A stretch of 64,000 bases of DNA from a virus, in the IMG/VR virus record IMGVR_UViG_3300045988_012220, positions 1 through 64,000 of that record, one strand, 5' to 3'. The notes beneath the pieces were generated by a model. The model worked only from the letters and a program-made list of their open reading frames with translations. It had not been told where the DNA came from and ran no database searches. Shown piece by piece: positions 1 to 9,400 of this stretch; the first letter of the stretch is position 1, and each line of letters begins with the position of its first letter. The position numbers and the translations under genes are program-made.

Positions 1-1074
1 CTTGTATAGAGCGTTGTACACATTCCAAAAATCTTCTCCTAAGTGAACTGGAAGCCAACGGTTTATAATGGCTAACGAAGGATACATAGACGTAACGTCC
101 GAGTGTCCTATAAATTGTTCAGCTGTAGGTTTGTAGACTCTAGGCTCATTGATGGTGTGTATACCACCTTCGCCTATAGAGTAGCAAATGTTTGAGAGAA
201 CGAACTTCTTCTCATAGTTTTCTTGTTTCTTATCAGACTTACTTGCGTTGCAAGTAGCATTCTTTACGTCCAATAAGACTTCTTTCAACTTTGGGTTAGA
301 ATATTGTATGAATGGGAGTATAATGTCACCTAAACGAATGTCTCCGACTTTTCGAGTACGAGTTTTTAACTCGTCTTTTGTTGTGTTGGTAATATCTAAA
401 GTCTTTCGCAAGAGTATTTCCTCTCCAAATCGTACACCACTCATTGACAGTGCATCAAACCCCCATTCTTTTTCAACTTCAAGACGTAGTTCTACATCTT
501 CTTTTACTTTGTTAAGCAAAGTTTCAGTAGCATCTACGTCGTTCACATTATACTCTATCATAGCGTCGATATCGCATTCTTCTATCTGCGTATCAAAGTT
601 ACCTTCGTACTCTTGCACATTTGGCATATGTAAAAGTATTTCGATTTCTTTTAAGCTTTTCTGTTGCTTAGCGCTATAGAGCATCAACATAAGGTCAAAC
701 GAATAGAAGTAATTTGCATACTTATACTGTTTAATCTTATCAATATTGTCTGTTTTTTCCGAACTTATTATCTCTTTACTAAGATAGTACAGAGAGCTAC
801 AAATTCTCGAGTATCCTAGTCGCTTCATTCTATTACAGAAATGTATGATGTAGTTTATAACTATATCATCATAATGTTTGTTGTTATAACCACACATTAT
901 GTGATCAGTTCTGTTTGTATAGAAGAAGTCAACTAGTTCTTCTAGTTGATTTTTTCGACAGGATATCTCGAATTTATATAGGTTATGATTCTCTGAATCT
1001 TTACAAGTACAATGAAAACAGTTTGGAAAAACTTCTATGTCATATAGAACTACTGGTCTTTCCTTTACTATCAT
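1..1074 (-). CDS. DNA polymerase family B, N-terminal 358 codons (gene continues past left edge)
   Basis: Own translation from ATG at 1074: YDIEVFPN (ExoI), GYNNKHYDD (ExoII), EYNVNDVDAT (ExoIII), SDVTSMYPS (PolB motif A DxxSLYPS). No stop down to position 1. Absent from the ORF track because it is open-ended. Confidence 0.85.
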   Translation of the reverse strand, partial: MIVKERPVVLYDIEVFPNCFHCTCKDSENHNLYKFEISCRKNQLEELVDFFYTNRTDHIMCGYNNKHYDDIVINYIIHFCNRMKRLGYSRICSSLYYLSKEIISSEKTDNIDKIKQYKYANYFYSFDLMLMLYSAKQQKSLKEIEILLHMPNVQEYEGNFDTQIEECDIDAMIEYNVNDVDATETLLNKVKEDVELRLEVEKEWGFDALSMSGVRFGEEILLRKTLDITNTTKDELKTRTRKVGDIRLGDIILPFIQYSNPKLKEVLLDVKNATCNASKSDKKQENYEKKFVLSNICYSIGEGGIHTINEPRVYKPTAEQFIGHSDVTSMYPSLAIINRWLPVHLGEDFWNVYNALYK

Positions 1075-1076
1075 AG

Positions 1077-1150
1077 TTGTACCAACCGGATTCGAACCGA
1101 TGACCCCCAGGCAGTCTGCCTGGTGCTCTAGACCACTGAGCTATAGTACA
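1077..1150 (-). tRNA. tRNA with canonical acceptor/D/T arms but atypical anticodon loop CAGACUG (nominal anticodon GAC, A33 instead of U33)
   Basis: Minus strand TGTACTA-TA-GCTC-AGTGGTCTA-GAGC-A-CCAGG-CAGACTG-CCTGG-GGGTC-ATCGG-TTCGAAT-CCGGT-TGGTACA-A. The 7-bp acceptor and the D and T loops are canonical. Confidence 0.6.
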
Positions 1151-1253
1151 CGTCTCGTCAGACTATATAATATACGTAAAACAGCGGACATGACGGTTTA
1201 ATTCTATGTCTTCTGAGCGCTTTTCACTGCCATGTTTTATTTCTATCATATTG

Positions 1254-1306
1254 TCCCTAGTGAGGGTTTGCACCTCGCAGTCATATCCTTTCGGAGCACA
1301 CTAGGG
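1254..1306 (-). ncRNA. tRNA-like minihelix (acceptor-like 8-bp stem plus T-arm-like hairpin, no anticodon arm)
   Basis: Minus strand CCCTAGTG-(22 nt with a TCC-GAAA-GGA hairpin)-GAGG-TGCAAAC-CCTC-CACTAGGG-A. Lies between the stop of 1347..2009 and the tRNA at 1077. Confidence 0.35.
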
Positions 1307-1346
1307 TGACCAGTGGTATCCTGGTCAATTTTGAAGAGGATGCACC

Positions 1347-2009
1347 TTAAGCTGCCATTCGCATATTATTTGCGTTTGGCAACAGGATTCGTCCCGTCTT
1401 CTTGCGATGGTCTTTAAGGTTTGTACAAATAAGATTACTGCGCTTTGCTTTTACCTTATTTGTCTCCTTACGAGCCATCTTGATGACTTTACTGCTCTCT
1501 GGAAGATTGTTTACTCCTCCATGTTTAGCAGTTTCGCCATTGTCTTTTATCTGAGCAATTTCTTGCTCGTGGAACAGCTCGTTAGCAGAAGAAAATCTAC
1601 CAATAAGCTGTAATTTGTCATATTTAGCGACAACTAAGTCTCTAATATGTTCTTCTGCGGCATTCTTTTCAGCCTCCCAAACCGGGAACTGCTGCGCGTA
1701 GAACAAATCGTCTTTCTTGACTGGGCATGGGTGCTTTCGCTCCCACTTCTGCAGCTTGTGTTGAACATATCCTTCCATGAGCTCGATGCGGTTAAGCTTC
1801 GTAACCTTTCTGCGAGATTCAATCTTAACTGAATTACGCTTGAGCAGTATGAACCAAGGTTTCTTTCGAGAAAGACCGTGGATACCATGTTCTTTACAGA
1901 ACTTAGAAGTAGTTCCGTGAGACTTGTTAAAGTCCTTAAGCCACTTCTCTTTAGTGTCACGATAAGTTTCAACATAATCGTCCAAATATTGATTATTCTG
2001 GGTATTCAT
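1347..2009 (-). CDS. hypothetical protein
   Basis: ORF track, 220 aa, TAA stop, co-directional minus-strand block. Confidence 0.7.
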   Translation of the reverse strand: MNTQNNQYLDDYVETYRDTKEKWLKDFNKSHGTTSKFCKEHGIHGLSRKKPWFILLKRNSVKIESRRKVTKLNRIELMEGYVQHKLQKWERKHPCPVKKDDLFYAQQFPVWEAEKNAAEEHIRDLVVAKYDKLQLIGRFSSANELFHEQEIAQIKDNGETAKHGGVNNLPESSKVIKMARKETNKVKAKRSNLICTNLKDHRKKTGRILLPNANNMRMAA

Positions 2010-2026
2010 AACGTTGTCTCCTATAA

Positions 2027-3016
2027 TTAAGCTGCCTGTTTAACTGACTTTTGTTTAACTTCCTTAACCTGTGTAGGCTTCTTGTTTACAGCCTTAGCCT
2101 TAACCTTAAGCCCACGACGAAGCTTACGTCCCTCAGCCTTAGAGCCGTGACGGAAGTTGTACGTGTTCTTCTCAAGTGTCTCCTTAGCCTTTTTCTTAGC
2201 TCTACGGAGATTATAGAAGTTAACACTAGCATTCTTAGAACACTCGATGGTATGAGGATCGCCTCCCTTCTTGTGCTTGTTGTGGTTACTTGCAGATACT
2301 TCAATACCAGCCTCCTCGAATGGAGACTTGTTATCAGAACGATACTGATAGAACGTAGCGTTACCTACAAGGTCACGCAGCTTCTCTACTACGTTTGCTG
2401 GTACATCCTTAAAGAATGCTGTAGAATTGGTGATGCACGCGGACTTAATTCCGCAGTCTTTGACCAACTTCTCGAGCTCTCCCTTCTTCTTCAGAACGGA
2501 GTCGCACACAACTGTTATATTGTATACAGTAGCGTTGTCCCACTGTTTCTTCGCGATGTCTACCACCTTCTTGGTGTCAGCATCATTGAGATGCATTCGC
2601 TTGCATCGACGGGTAATTGATGCAATATGACGAGCCTGAGCGACATTGCGACGCTCTTCCTGCTTCTTCAAACGCTCCTCCAGAGTGATTTTAACAGGCC
2701 CTGAAGCCTTTGTCTTCTTGGAGTCGATCAACTTATCCATGATGCTCTTCTTACGCGCCTGACGAGCCTCTGCGCGAGCCTTAGAGGCAGCATACTTAGC
2801 CTCTTCCTTCTCGGCCTTAGCCTTCTTTTTAGCTGCCTTGAGTTCAGCATGCTTCTTAGCCTTCTCTGCATCAGCAGCACGACGCTTCTTGATGTTCTCT
2901 ATTGTCTTATTAGCAGCCTTAGACTCTTCCTTCTTAGCTGCCTCAGCCTTAACTGGTGTAGTTCCTATCTTAGCCTGAACCTTCTTGAGGTTCTTCTTAT
3001 TATTTTTCTTAGACAT
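2027..3016 (-). CDS. hypothetical protein with Lys/Ala/Glu-rich basic N-terminal half
   Basis: ORF track, 329 aa. The first ~100 residues are KKAKAEKEEAK-type low complexity. TAA stop. Confidence 0.75.
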   Translation of the reverse strand: MSKKNNKKNLKKVQAKIGTTPVKAEAAKKEESKAANKTIENIKKRRAADAEKAKKHAELKAAKKKAKAEKEEAKYAASKARAEARQARKKSIMDKLIDSKKTKASGPVKITLEERLKKQEERRNVAQARHIASITRRCKRMHLNDADTKKVVDIAKKQWDNATVYNITVVCDSVLKKKGELEKLVKDCGIKSACITNSTAFFKDVPANVVEKLRDLVGNATFYQYRSDNKSPFEEAGIEVSASNHNKHKKGGDPHTIECSKNASVNFYNLRRAKKKAKETLEKNTYNFRHGSKAEGRKLRRGLKVKAKAVNKKPTQVKEVKQKSVKQAA

Positions 3017-3141
3017 AATCTTGATAATTTAATGTGTTAATAATGTTGTTTTTAAGGCAAGGGATTCCTTATTTGTGGTTCGTGTAAGCCTCGATCTTAC
3101 TCCTTTCGGCGACCCTTATATTTGTCTCGAACCTATAGTAT

Positions 3142-3690
3142 TTAAACTGCTAGATCCATCTCGAACTTATCTGCAATAGCATCCTTAATCTCGATAGAAG
3201 TCTCATTGTTAAACTTCTCAAGATTAGCGTCAAACTTATTTGCTAGTAGCTGCTGCTCGTGAATAAGCTGTGCAATCTTAGCTGATGAGAATACCTCACG
3301 CTTAGGCATAGCCTTCAATCCCTTCTTTGCCTTAGTTGATGGATCAAGTGTCTTGATCATCTTGAGCTGAGCTATAGCCTCCTTTGCCTCACATGCTGCA
3401 AAAATACTATAGTTATTTGTCTTCTTAAAATCCTCGTAAAAGAATGTTGTAGTACCTGTGTTAAGAGCTACCAAAATGCCCTTAATCATAATACGCTTCT
3501 CACTAAGCTGTATAATCTGGTTATACAAGCTCTTGAGATCTAAGCCAGAACCCTGCTTTGCTGCAATTGCCTTCTTAGACATCAGGTTCTCTGCTCGAAT
3601 AATTCGCCAATACTTATTGATAGTAATATCAATGTTCTTACGAATTGTAATAATGTTTGCTGAGTTCAATTTAATTGATTTCTTATTCAT
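3142..3690 (-). CDS. hypothetical protein
   Basis: ORF track, 182 aa, TAA stop. Confidence 0.7.
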   Translation of the reverse strand: MNKKSIKLNSANIITIRKNIDITINKYWRIIRAENLMSKKAIAAKQGSGLDLKSLYNQIIQLSEKRIMIKGILVALNTGTTTFFYEDFKKTNNYSIFAACEAKEAIAQLKMIKTLDPSTKAKKGLKAMPKREVFSSAKIAQLIHEQQLLANKFDANLEKFNNETSIEIKDAIADKFEMDLAV

Positions 3691-3786
3691 ATAGTTTGAT
3701 TAAAATTAAACAATTTACTTGAATCAGCCATTTACCTAGTTCCTATACTACATATTACTGTAATAAAGGATAAAAGGGTATCCATT

Positions 3787-3815
3787 GGTAATCCTACCCC
3801 GCAGGGTGGATTACC
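3787..3815 (-). terminator. intergenic GC-rich hairpin (terminator candidate)
   Basis: GGTAATCC(T)ACCC-CGCA-GGGTGGATTACC, 12 bp, between the stop of 3968..4552 and the start of 3142..3690. No clear U-tract. Confidence 0.4.
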
Positions 3816-3967
3816 TATTCTCCGCAGAGAACTTTTAAGGATGCCCTTTAATATAAACTAATAATATTGTTATTATATTTTCTTGCAAACAATAACGGTA
3901 ACGTCATACATGAATGTGTACTCTTCTGCGCACAGATCGTACACCATTCCCGCAGGAATGTTTCTGT

Positions 3968-4552
3968 TTATGGCATTACTCGTTTAGCGTTTACAATTCC
4001 ATACTCCAACTCAATCATTGGTTTACCAATGCAGTCTTTCACCTGCAAAACTTCTTTACGTCCGTTGATATTGATAACAATTTTATCAGGATACTCTTGC
4101 TGAGCGTTAAGCCTTGGCCCTGACACCCGGGACCCCGCAGGGTCCGCTCCTACGCCATCAGCAATGCTAGAATTCTGACATACTTTTGTCGCAACATCAT
4201 ACAGTCGTTCTACGACCCAGTTAAAGTTTTTATCTTTAACTCCTTTCATCACAATTTCTTGTGATAGTCCTTCCATAATAGCTTTTTGGTTAAGCCCTGT
4301 GGAAAGACTCACTAGTGCATCCCATACCTTAAGAGCGAAGCTCTCGAATGGCAAGGTTTGCTCACAGCCGATTATCTTGTTCCAAAAATGGAATCTAGTT
4401 GAACCCAGAGTAATACTACCATCATCGTTAATGGTATAGATTTTGTACTTCTCTGTATGGTCCAACTTTTCATAAACGGCTGCCTTAATTTTCGGTTCTG
4501 AGAGCATTACTGCTATAAGCTTAACGCTCTTTTCTGTTAAAACAGCCTCCAT
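3968..4552 (-). CDS. hypothetical protein (carries an in-frame GC-rich palindromic insert)
   Basis: ORF track, 194 aa, TAA stop. Confidence 0.7.
   Translation of the reverse strand: MEAVLTEKSVKLIAVMLSEPKIKAAVYEKLDHTEKYKIYTINDDGSITLGSTRFHFWNKIIGCEQTLPFESFALKVWDALVSLSTGLNQKAIMEGLSQEIVMKGVKDKNFNWVVERLYDVATKVCQNSSIADGVGADPAGSRVSGPRLNAQQEYPDKIVININGRKEVLQVKDCIGKPMIELEYGIVNAKRVMP
4111..4155. repeat. GC-rich palindromic segment inside a CDS, sharing the 12-mer ACCCCGCAGGGT with the hairpin at 3796-3807
   Basis: gccttggccctgacacccgggaccccgcagggtccgctcctacgcc in an otherwise AT-rich gene. Contains a GGACCC-CGCA-GGGTCC hairpin and encodes GVGADPAGSRVSGPRL. Confidence 0.5.
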
Positions 4553-4556
4553 GAAC

Positions 4557-5150
4557 TTATGCTATCTTATCAGCTGGTTTAGAATCTGCCTTCTGACGCT
4601 CGTAGTCGGCAACGATCTTCTCGTTTGCTGCAATGGCAGACAAACACTGAGCCTTAGCCTTCTGAGCCTGCTCAATGATTGCGTCAAGGCGAGCAATCTC
4701 ACCACGGTTAAGATCGTTAAGAATGCCACTCAAATCCTTAGGATCTGAGAACACAGCCTTAGAGTTCTTGTCCTTAAGAGCGTTCTGAACAGCCTCCTCT
4801 GTGGTCTCACCAAACTTGGTGCTGTTCTCACCGAGAGGGATATCGATCTGATGGTCGGTGCCCTCATTGAGACGGCAAACGACATCACCGATCGCATTCT
4901 GCTTGGTTGCCATAGACTCAATCGTAATATAGCCGATCGCAAAACGGCGAGGAGAACGATTGAGGACGAGATTTACATTAGAGCCCTGTTTAGCCTGCTC
5001 CAAAATCTTGTCATGATCTGGGTTGAACATACGGGTCTGAGGAGTAAATACGTCCTGACCAAACATTTTCGCACCGAGCAAGCTCAGTGGGGTACGATTT
5101 GACTTAATAGTTGTTTCCACGATGTTTACATTAATTTCTGACATAATCAT
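4557..5150 (-). CDS. hypothetical protein
   Basis: ORF track, 197 aa, TAA stop. Confidence 0.75.
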   Translation of the reverse strand: MIMSEINVNIVETTIKSNRTPLSLLGAKMFGQDVFTPQTRMFNPDHDKILEQAKQGSNVNLVLNRSPRRFAIGYITIESMATKQNAIGDVVCRLNEGTDHQIDIPLGENSTKFGETTEEAVQNALKDKNSKAVFSDPKDLSGILNDLNRGEIARLDAIIEQAQKAKAQCLSAIAANEKIVADYERQKADSKPADKIA

Positions 5151-5245
5151 ATCCTTTTTGATATCGTTATTGATTAACTAACGATATGATTGAAAAATAT
5201 GGTGTATTTTGGCTACACCTTCGCCGTTGTTTATTGAATAAAGCA

Positions 5246-5268
5246 ACGCTGATACGAAGATACTCGGT
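5246..5268. repeat. conserved-loop hairpin, family 1 (loop TGATACGAAGATACT), copy 4
   Basis: 15-mer at 5250-5264 identical to copies at 11909, 12083 and 12183. The flanking stem is weaker here (AACG/CGGTT with a bulge). Confidence 0.45.
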
Positions 5269-5416
5269 TACTACTTTGCTTACTTAGTTTTCTAAAGAAA
5301 GTTCTACTATTGTAGACGCTTTTCATAGACTTAGCCACACTATTTCTACTACAACAATAGGGTAGTAGACTTGTAGCAGGAATTACGTACGTATGACGTA
5401 ATTAACATTTACTGGA

Positions 5417-5650
5417 TTATCCAGGCCCGTCGTCTAAAGCTTTGAATGCTTTCTTTGCATAATCAAATGCTGAACTATTTTCTGCTATTTTGTTCACGTT
5501 TTTTCTAACTTGACTATTCTAATCTTCGTTGGTGAAATTTTGCAGAGCAACTAACACTCGTAGAATCTTAGAATTCTTATAACCCACGAAAATATGTAGA
5601 ATCTCGGTCGTATTTCCCTTACTATACTTACAAGATATTCCTACACGATT
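5417..5650 (-). CDS. exon-like coding fragment without a start codon (3-prime exon candidate), contains in-frame TAG
   Basis: Own translation: the TAA/TGA-free frame 5420-5725 ends at TAA 5417-5419. Protein-like sequence ...GISCKYSKGNTTEILHIFVGYKNSKILRVLVALQNFTNEDQNSQVRKNVNKIAENSSAFDYAKKAFKALDDGPG. No ATG in the frame. The upstream boundary is unknown. Confidence 0.3.
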
Positions 5651-5687
5651 GTTATTAAAGCAGATGGTCTCTACTGCTAACTTAAAA

Positions 5688-6081
5688 GCGACTGTCAGCT
5701 AGGTCTCCTTACTGCGGTATTCGGCTTATGGCATATACCCAGCGGTTGGTTATCGGAATGTCTCAGGATCAAACCCATCACAGACTTTACGGCTTTTTAC
5801 ATCTTTGCTGATGTTTGTAATTTTTCTGTACCGGTATTACTACCTCCTATTTATAGTGCACGAATATTGGGAATTCAACCCATACATTTCATTTTGTCAC
5901 CCACTTATAAACGTAATATACATGTATAGAGACAGTATACACATATAATATACACAGTCGTTTTACAACATAGAATATAAGCTGCCCATCAACTTCCTGT
6001 ATTGCTTCGAACCTTTATGTTTACATATACTGTTGCGCAGTATACTTTAGCATGGTTGGCATATCGGTTGGCACTCGATTT
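5688..6081 (-). ncRNA. group I intron-like core signature (candidate)
   Basis: Minus strand has a Q-like AAATCGAGTGCC (6070-6081), an R-like GTAAAACGACTGTGTA (5951-5966) and an S-like GCTGACAGTCGC (5688-5699). CGACTGT and ACAGTCG are perfectly complementary (P7-like). Confidence 0.35.
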
Positions 6082-6235
6082 CTTTACCTCAAGTCCTTAC
6101 TTACAACGTAAGATGCACTCTATAAAGGGACATCAATTTTTGTTAAACATGTTATCTTTTAAACTTTCTAGATTTTCATAATCTATATCTTTTGCATACA
6201 ATATACGCATATATAATATACCAGCTTACTACTCT

Positions 6236-6566
6236 GTAGAGACTATATAATATTGCATATCATAATACAAATAGACTATTGGTCTAAATTGTTTTGGATG
6301 AAAGTGGAGGTCAAATGATCCTGGCTGGATATATCTCGAATCAACTTTCTACCTATTTTGCTATTTCTTATTCTAGGATAGCTTTCCATCAATTTTCTTT
6401 GACTGTAACGGAGTCATCGATCATAGTCTCATGAACGATTTAATTTTCATGGAAATTGGCTGTAAGTTCGGATTGCCTAACATCCTAATTACAACTGGAA
6501 TAGATTTTCACCGCGATCTTCACCCGCGTACGATACTCCCGTAGAGCTTCGATTAAGGGACTGCCC
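6236..6566 (-). ncRNA. group I intron-like core (candidate self-splicing intron)
   Basis: Minus strand order is GGGCAGTCCC hairpin (6557-6566), TTAATCGAAGC (6546-6556), CGTTCATGAGACTATGA (6421-6437), ATTATATAGTCTCTAC (6236-6251). These parallel the MCP intron elements TAATCAGAAGC, CGTTCAACGACTAT and AGATATAGTCTGATC. GAGACTA/TAGTCTC gives 7-bp complementarity. Confidence 0.5.
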
Positions 6567-6659
6567 AACCCTTGTGCTTGTTTTACTTTTATATACCGCA
6601 TAAACAAGAAAAGCCTGGCGGTCACAATCAGACACTTCTACCCCATCCCTGGCACCCCT

Positions 6660-6968
6660 TCAACGGAGTTGTACTGAATCGAACAGTAAGGTTTTGGTAT
6701 AGTCAGCAAACTCATTCAGTTTACTCTGTGTGGTATTACTCCCACAGTATTGATGTAGTTTTTCGGCCTTTATACTAGCTTTGGACACTAGAAACACTAC
6801 CTACGGCTAATAATACTTCTATATTGTTTGGGATATCCTCGGTTCTTCCAGCACCATGCACCATACCATGTATGCAATTCTGTTCACCTACTGGGGACCA
6901 ATATAGTTCATCTCGTGTAACGTTCGTGTATGCTTAGTATTATCACATACAATTCCGATACGGTTCAT
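6660..6968 (-). CDS. TAG-containing ORF (possible first exon of an intron-split gene)
   Basis: Own translation: ATG at 6968, TGA at 6660-6662, 102 codons with 4 in-frame TAG. MNRIGIVCDNTKHTRTLHEMNYIGPQQVNRIAYMVWCMVLEEPRISQTIQKYYQPQVVFLVSK... An alternative ATG lies at 7010. Confidence 0.35.
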
Positions 6969-7318
6969 TATGCCCTTCTTGGGACTTATGCGTTTATAAT
7001 TACACTACATCTTTTTAAGGTGTATTCAGCCTCATCCAGCTTGTCTCCAGACGGTTCTCACAAGTCCAGCTGTGCAATTATAGGAGTTGATACAACGCTT
7101 CTCCTACTTATATCAAACTTTTTCAATGTTTGATACATTTCATCCTACCTTTTGAGTAATCTCGCCCTGCAAGACAGGGTTAACATATTCTCGGATCAAG
7201 TTTAATTTAATTGAGTTTTTCTTCTAGTTCCTTCGCGAGGGATATTCCAGAATAGTACGTAGACTAATGGGATCTACTATATGTACTTACCTAATTATAG
7301 TGTGTAGGGTTCTTATGT

Positions 7319-7720
7319 TTACTTACGCACATTAGAGGCGATTTGGATATAATCACGGAGCTCTCCCTTACGAATGGTAGAGTTGTGATTAGTGGAGTCG
7401 ACCTTTTCTCCAAGTTCCATAATATACAGAAGTGGTACATACGACGTATCTGTCTTCTTAATTACGGTGCGTTTAACAATTGTCTTTGCAGGCAACTGTT
7501 TATGATTACAAGGTACAGGCACTTTTACCTTAACGGTATCATGCACTGTATCAGGATTAGCACGATTCATCTGACCAAGCAAATGGTCCATTGGTTGCGA
7601 TACAGTAGATGCTGCTACTGTTTGCACTGTCGTTGGAAGGGGCACATTCTTGAGGTCTGCAATATTCATTCCGATCGCAAGAAACGCTGCACCTAACAAC
7701 GTTGTTACTAATTTTTTCAT
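7319..7720 (-). CDS. hypothetical secreted protein (N-terminal signal-like segment)
   Basis: ORF track, 133 aa. MKKLVTTLLGAAFLAIGMN hydrophobic N-terminus. TAA stop. Confidence 0.7.
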   Translation of the reverse strand: MKKLVTTLLGAAFLAIGMNIADLKNVPLPTTVQTVAASTVSQPMDHLLGQMNRANPDTVHDTVKVKVPVPCNHKQLPAKTIVKRTVIKKTDTSYVPLLYIMELGEKVDSTNHNSTIRKGELRDYIQIASNVRK

Positions 7721-7821
7721 ACTTTGATAGTTAAATTATTTACGTTCACTTTGCCATTGGATATCAAAGGCTTTTCTAACGCGACCAACTAGTTGTGAAC
7801 CAGCTTTCTTAATTGGTCGTA

Positions 7822-9333
7822 TTATTTTTTTACCTGAGCCTTAGCCTTACCCTTGGCTTCCTTCTTCTTATTTTCTGCTGCCTTTTTATCAGCTGCTTCC
7901 TTAGCAGCCTTGGCAACAGCCTCTTCCTCAGCCTTGATCTCCTCATCGGTCTTGAATGCCAAGTCGATAATATTCTCCTTAGCATAACCAGCGAGTGGAT
8001 CAGAAGGATTGCGGAACAGGTTAGAGATGATACCAGCATACTGAGTAGCATTATCCAGCATAGAATCAGGCTTAACCTTAGCCATCATCTCTGGAGCTAC
8101 ATCGCGATAGTACGCACGCTTAATAGAGATAACAGTCTTCTTAGCGAAGTTGTTACCATCCAAGAAGTTCTTCTTCAAGTTCTCAACAAACTCACCTGGA
8201 GCTGCAAGAACGGCTGCAGTGGCCTTGTCGGCAAACGCGATGTTCTTGTTAGCTGTATCGATATGGGCCTGAACACGCTCCTTCTCAGGAAGTTTGTTCT
8301 CTTCCTCAAGCAGAGTTTCGCCCTTAGAGCGAACTTCATCAGCACTGATGAGAACCAGGCATCTTACAGCGTCTGCAATCTGATCGTCGGTATACTTACA
8401 TACACCGGTATCCTTGTTTGTAGAATGATCCTTGAGCTCACAGAACGCAGATACAGGAGATCCTGACGTAGCGGTAACGTTGAAGAGGTGAGCGCCAATT
8501 CCATAAGTGAGAGTTCCGACACGACCCGTAAGGCTAACAACCTCACGAAACACATCATGGAAGCTCATGTTATTGATACGCTCAAGATTGCTCTTTGCAG
8601 AAGCAAGAGCCTTCTCAGCGTTAGCCTTGTACTTCTTGTCCTTTGTGTCCTTGAGAGTCTTCTCAGCAGACTCAATAGCGCGCTTAGCTTCGATAGAGCG
8701 ATATGCCTTATAGAAGTTTACGCACTGCATAATGCTGTCCATAAGCTTAGAATCACGATTCATAGCCAGGAAGCCAGATAGAGCCTTCTTAAACTCTTCT
8801 TCATCCTTGATCTTGGTAGGATCGAAGACCTTGCCTGCTGTTTCAGCACGGGCCTGAGCATCCTCTTCGAGCTTCTTAGAAGTCTCTTCTGAAACCTGCA
8901 CAGCTGCACCTGTAACCTCAACTGCTTCAGCGTCTTCGGTCGAAGGCAAGAGTTTGGTCTCATCAAATTTTACACCAATCTCATTCAAAGCTTCAGTAAG
9001 CTCTGGAAGTGCAGACTTGCGGATTACAACCGCAAAATCGCTTGAGCCATACTTAACTTCATTGCATACGCACACAGCGATACCGAGAGCGTTAATGTGG
9101 TTGATCTTGTCGATAGCTCCCTGTGGGAAACCAGTATGCTCAGCAGCCTTCTCATCCAAGAAGAAGCGCTCGTGAGTCATCTTTAACAAATCTACCTGGT
9201 GATTACGGTCCATACTTGACCCACCCGTTGTTGTGAGCATAGCTGCAGCCTCAATAGCTGCGTTTGCACCGTTATCACCATTGTTGTTATTCTGGGCAAC
9301 CTTAACGTTACCCTTGTTCTTTTTGTTAGCCAT
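7822..9333 (-). CDS. hypothetical protein (503 aa)
   Basis: ORF track, long clean ORF. Preceded by the conserved leader ...ATTATCAAAATG. Confidence 0.85.
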   Translation of the reverse strand: MANKKNKGNVKVAQNNNNGDNGANAAIEAAAMLTTTGGSSMDRNHQVDLLKMTHERFFLDEKAAEHTGFPQGAIDKINHINALGIAVCVCNEVKYGSSDFAVVIRKSALPELTEALNEIGVKFDETKLLPSTEDAEAVEVTGAAVQVSEETSKKLEEDAQARAETAGKVFDPTKIKDEEEFKKALSGFLAMNRDSKLMDSIMQCVNFYKAYRSIEAKRAIESAEKTLKDTKDKKYKANAEKALASAKSNLERINNMSFHDVFREVVSLTGRVGTLTYGIGAHLFNVTATSGSPVSAFCELKDHSTNKDTGVCKYTDDQIADAVRCLVLISADEVRSKGETLLEEENKLPEKERVQAHIDTANKNIAFADKATAAVLAAPGEFVENLKKNFLDGNNFAKKTVISIKRAYYRDVAPEMMAKVKPDSMLDNATQYAGIISNLFRNPSDPLAGYAKENIIDLAFKTDEEIKAEEEAVAKAAKEAADKKAAENKKKEAKGKAKAQVKK

Positions 9334-9400
9334 TTTGATAATGTTTAAAAACGTTTATAAATAAAATTAATTAATACTTTTCTGGGCAACTAACTTAGAT

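Noticed and set aside
248-679. Plus-strand ORFs lying opposite minus-strand genes (for example 248..679, 2051..2620, 7813..8466, 8488..8781, 12283..12660, 17167..17496).
   Set aside because: They are antisense shadows of much longer, motif-bearing minus-strand ORFs. They have low-complexity or hydrophobic junk composition, and several start at non-ATG codons.
6655-6745. tRNA-like T arm (TACTG-TTCGATT-CAGTA plus CAACTCC) on the minus strand.
   Set aside because: The candidate anticodon loop TGAATGA lacks U33 and no D arm could be formed. The segment also lies inside the TAG-containing ORF 6660..6968 (..TLLFDSVQLR).
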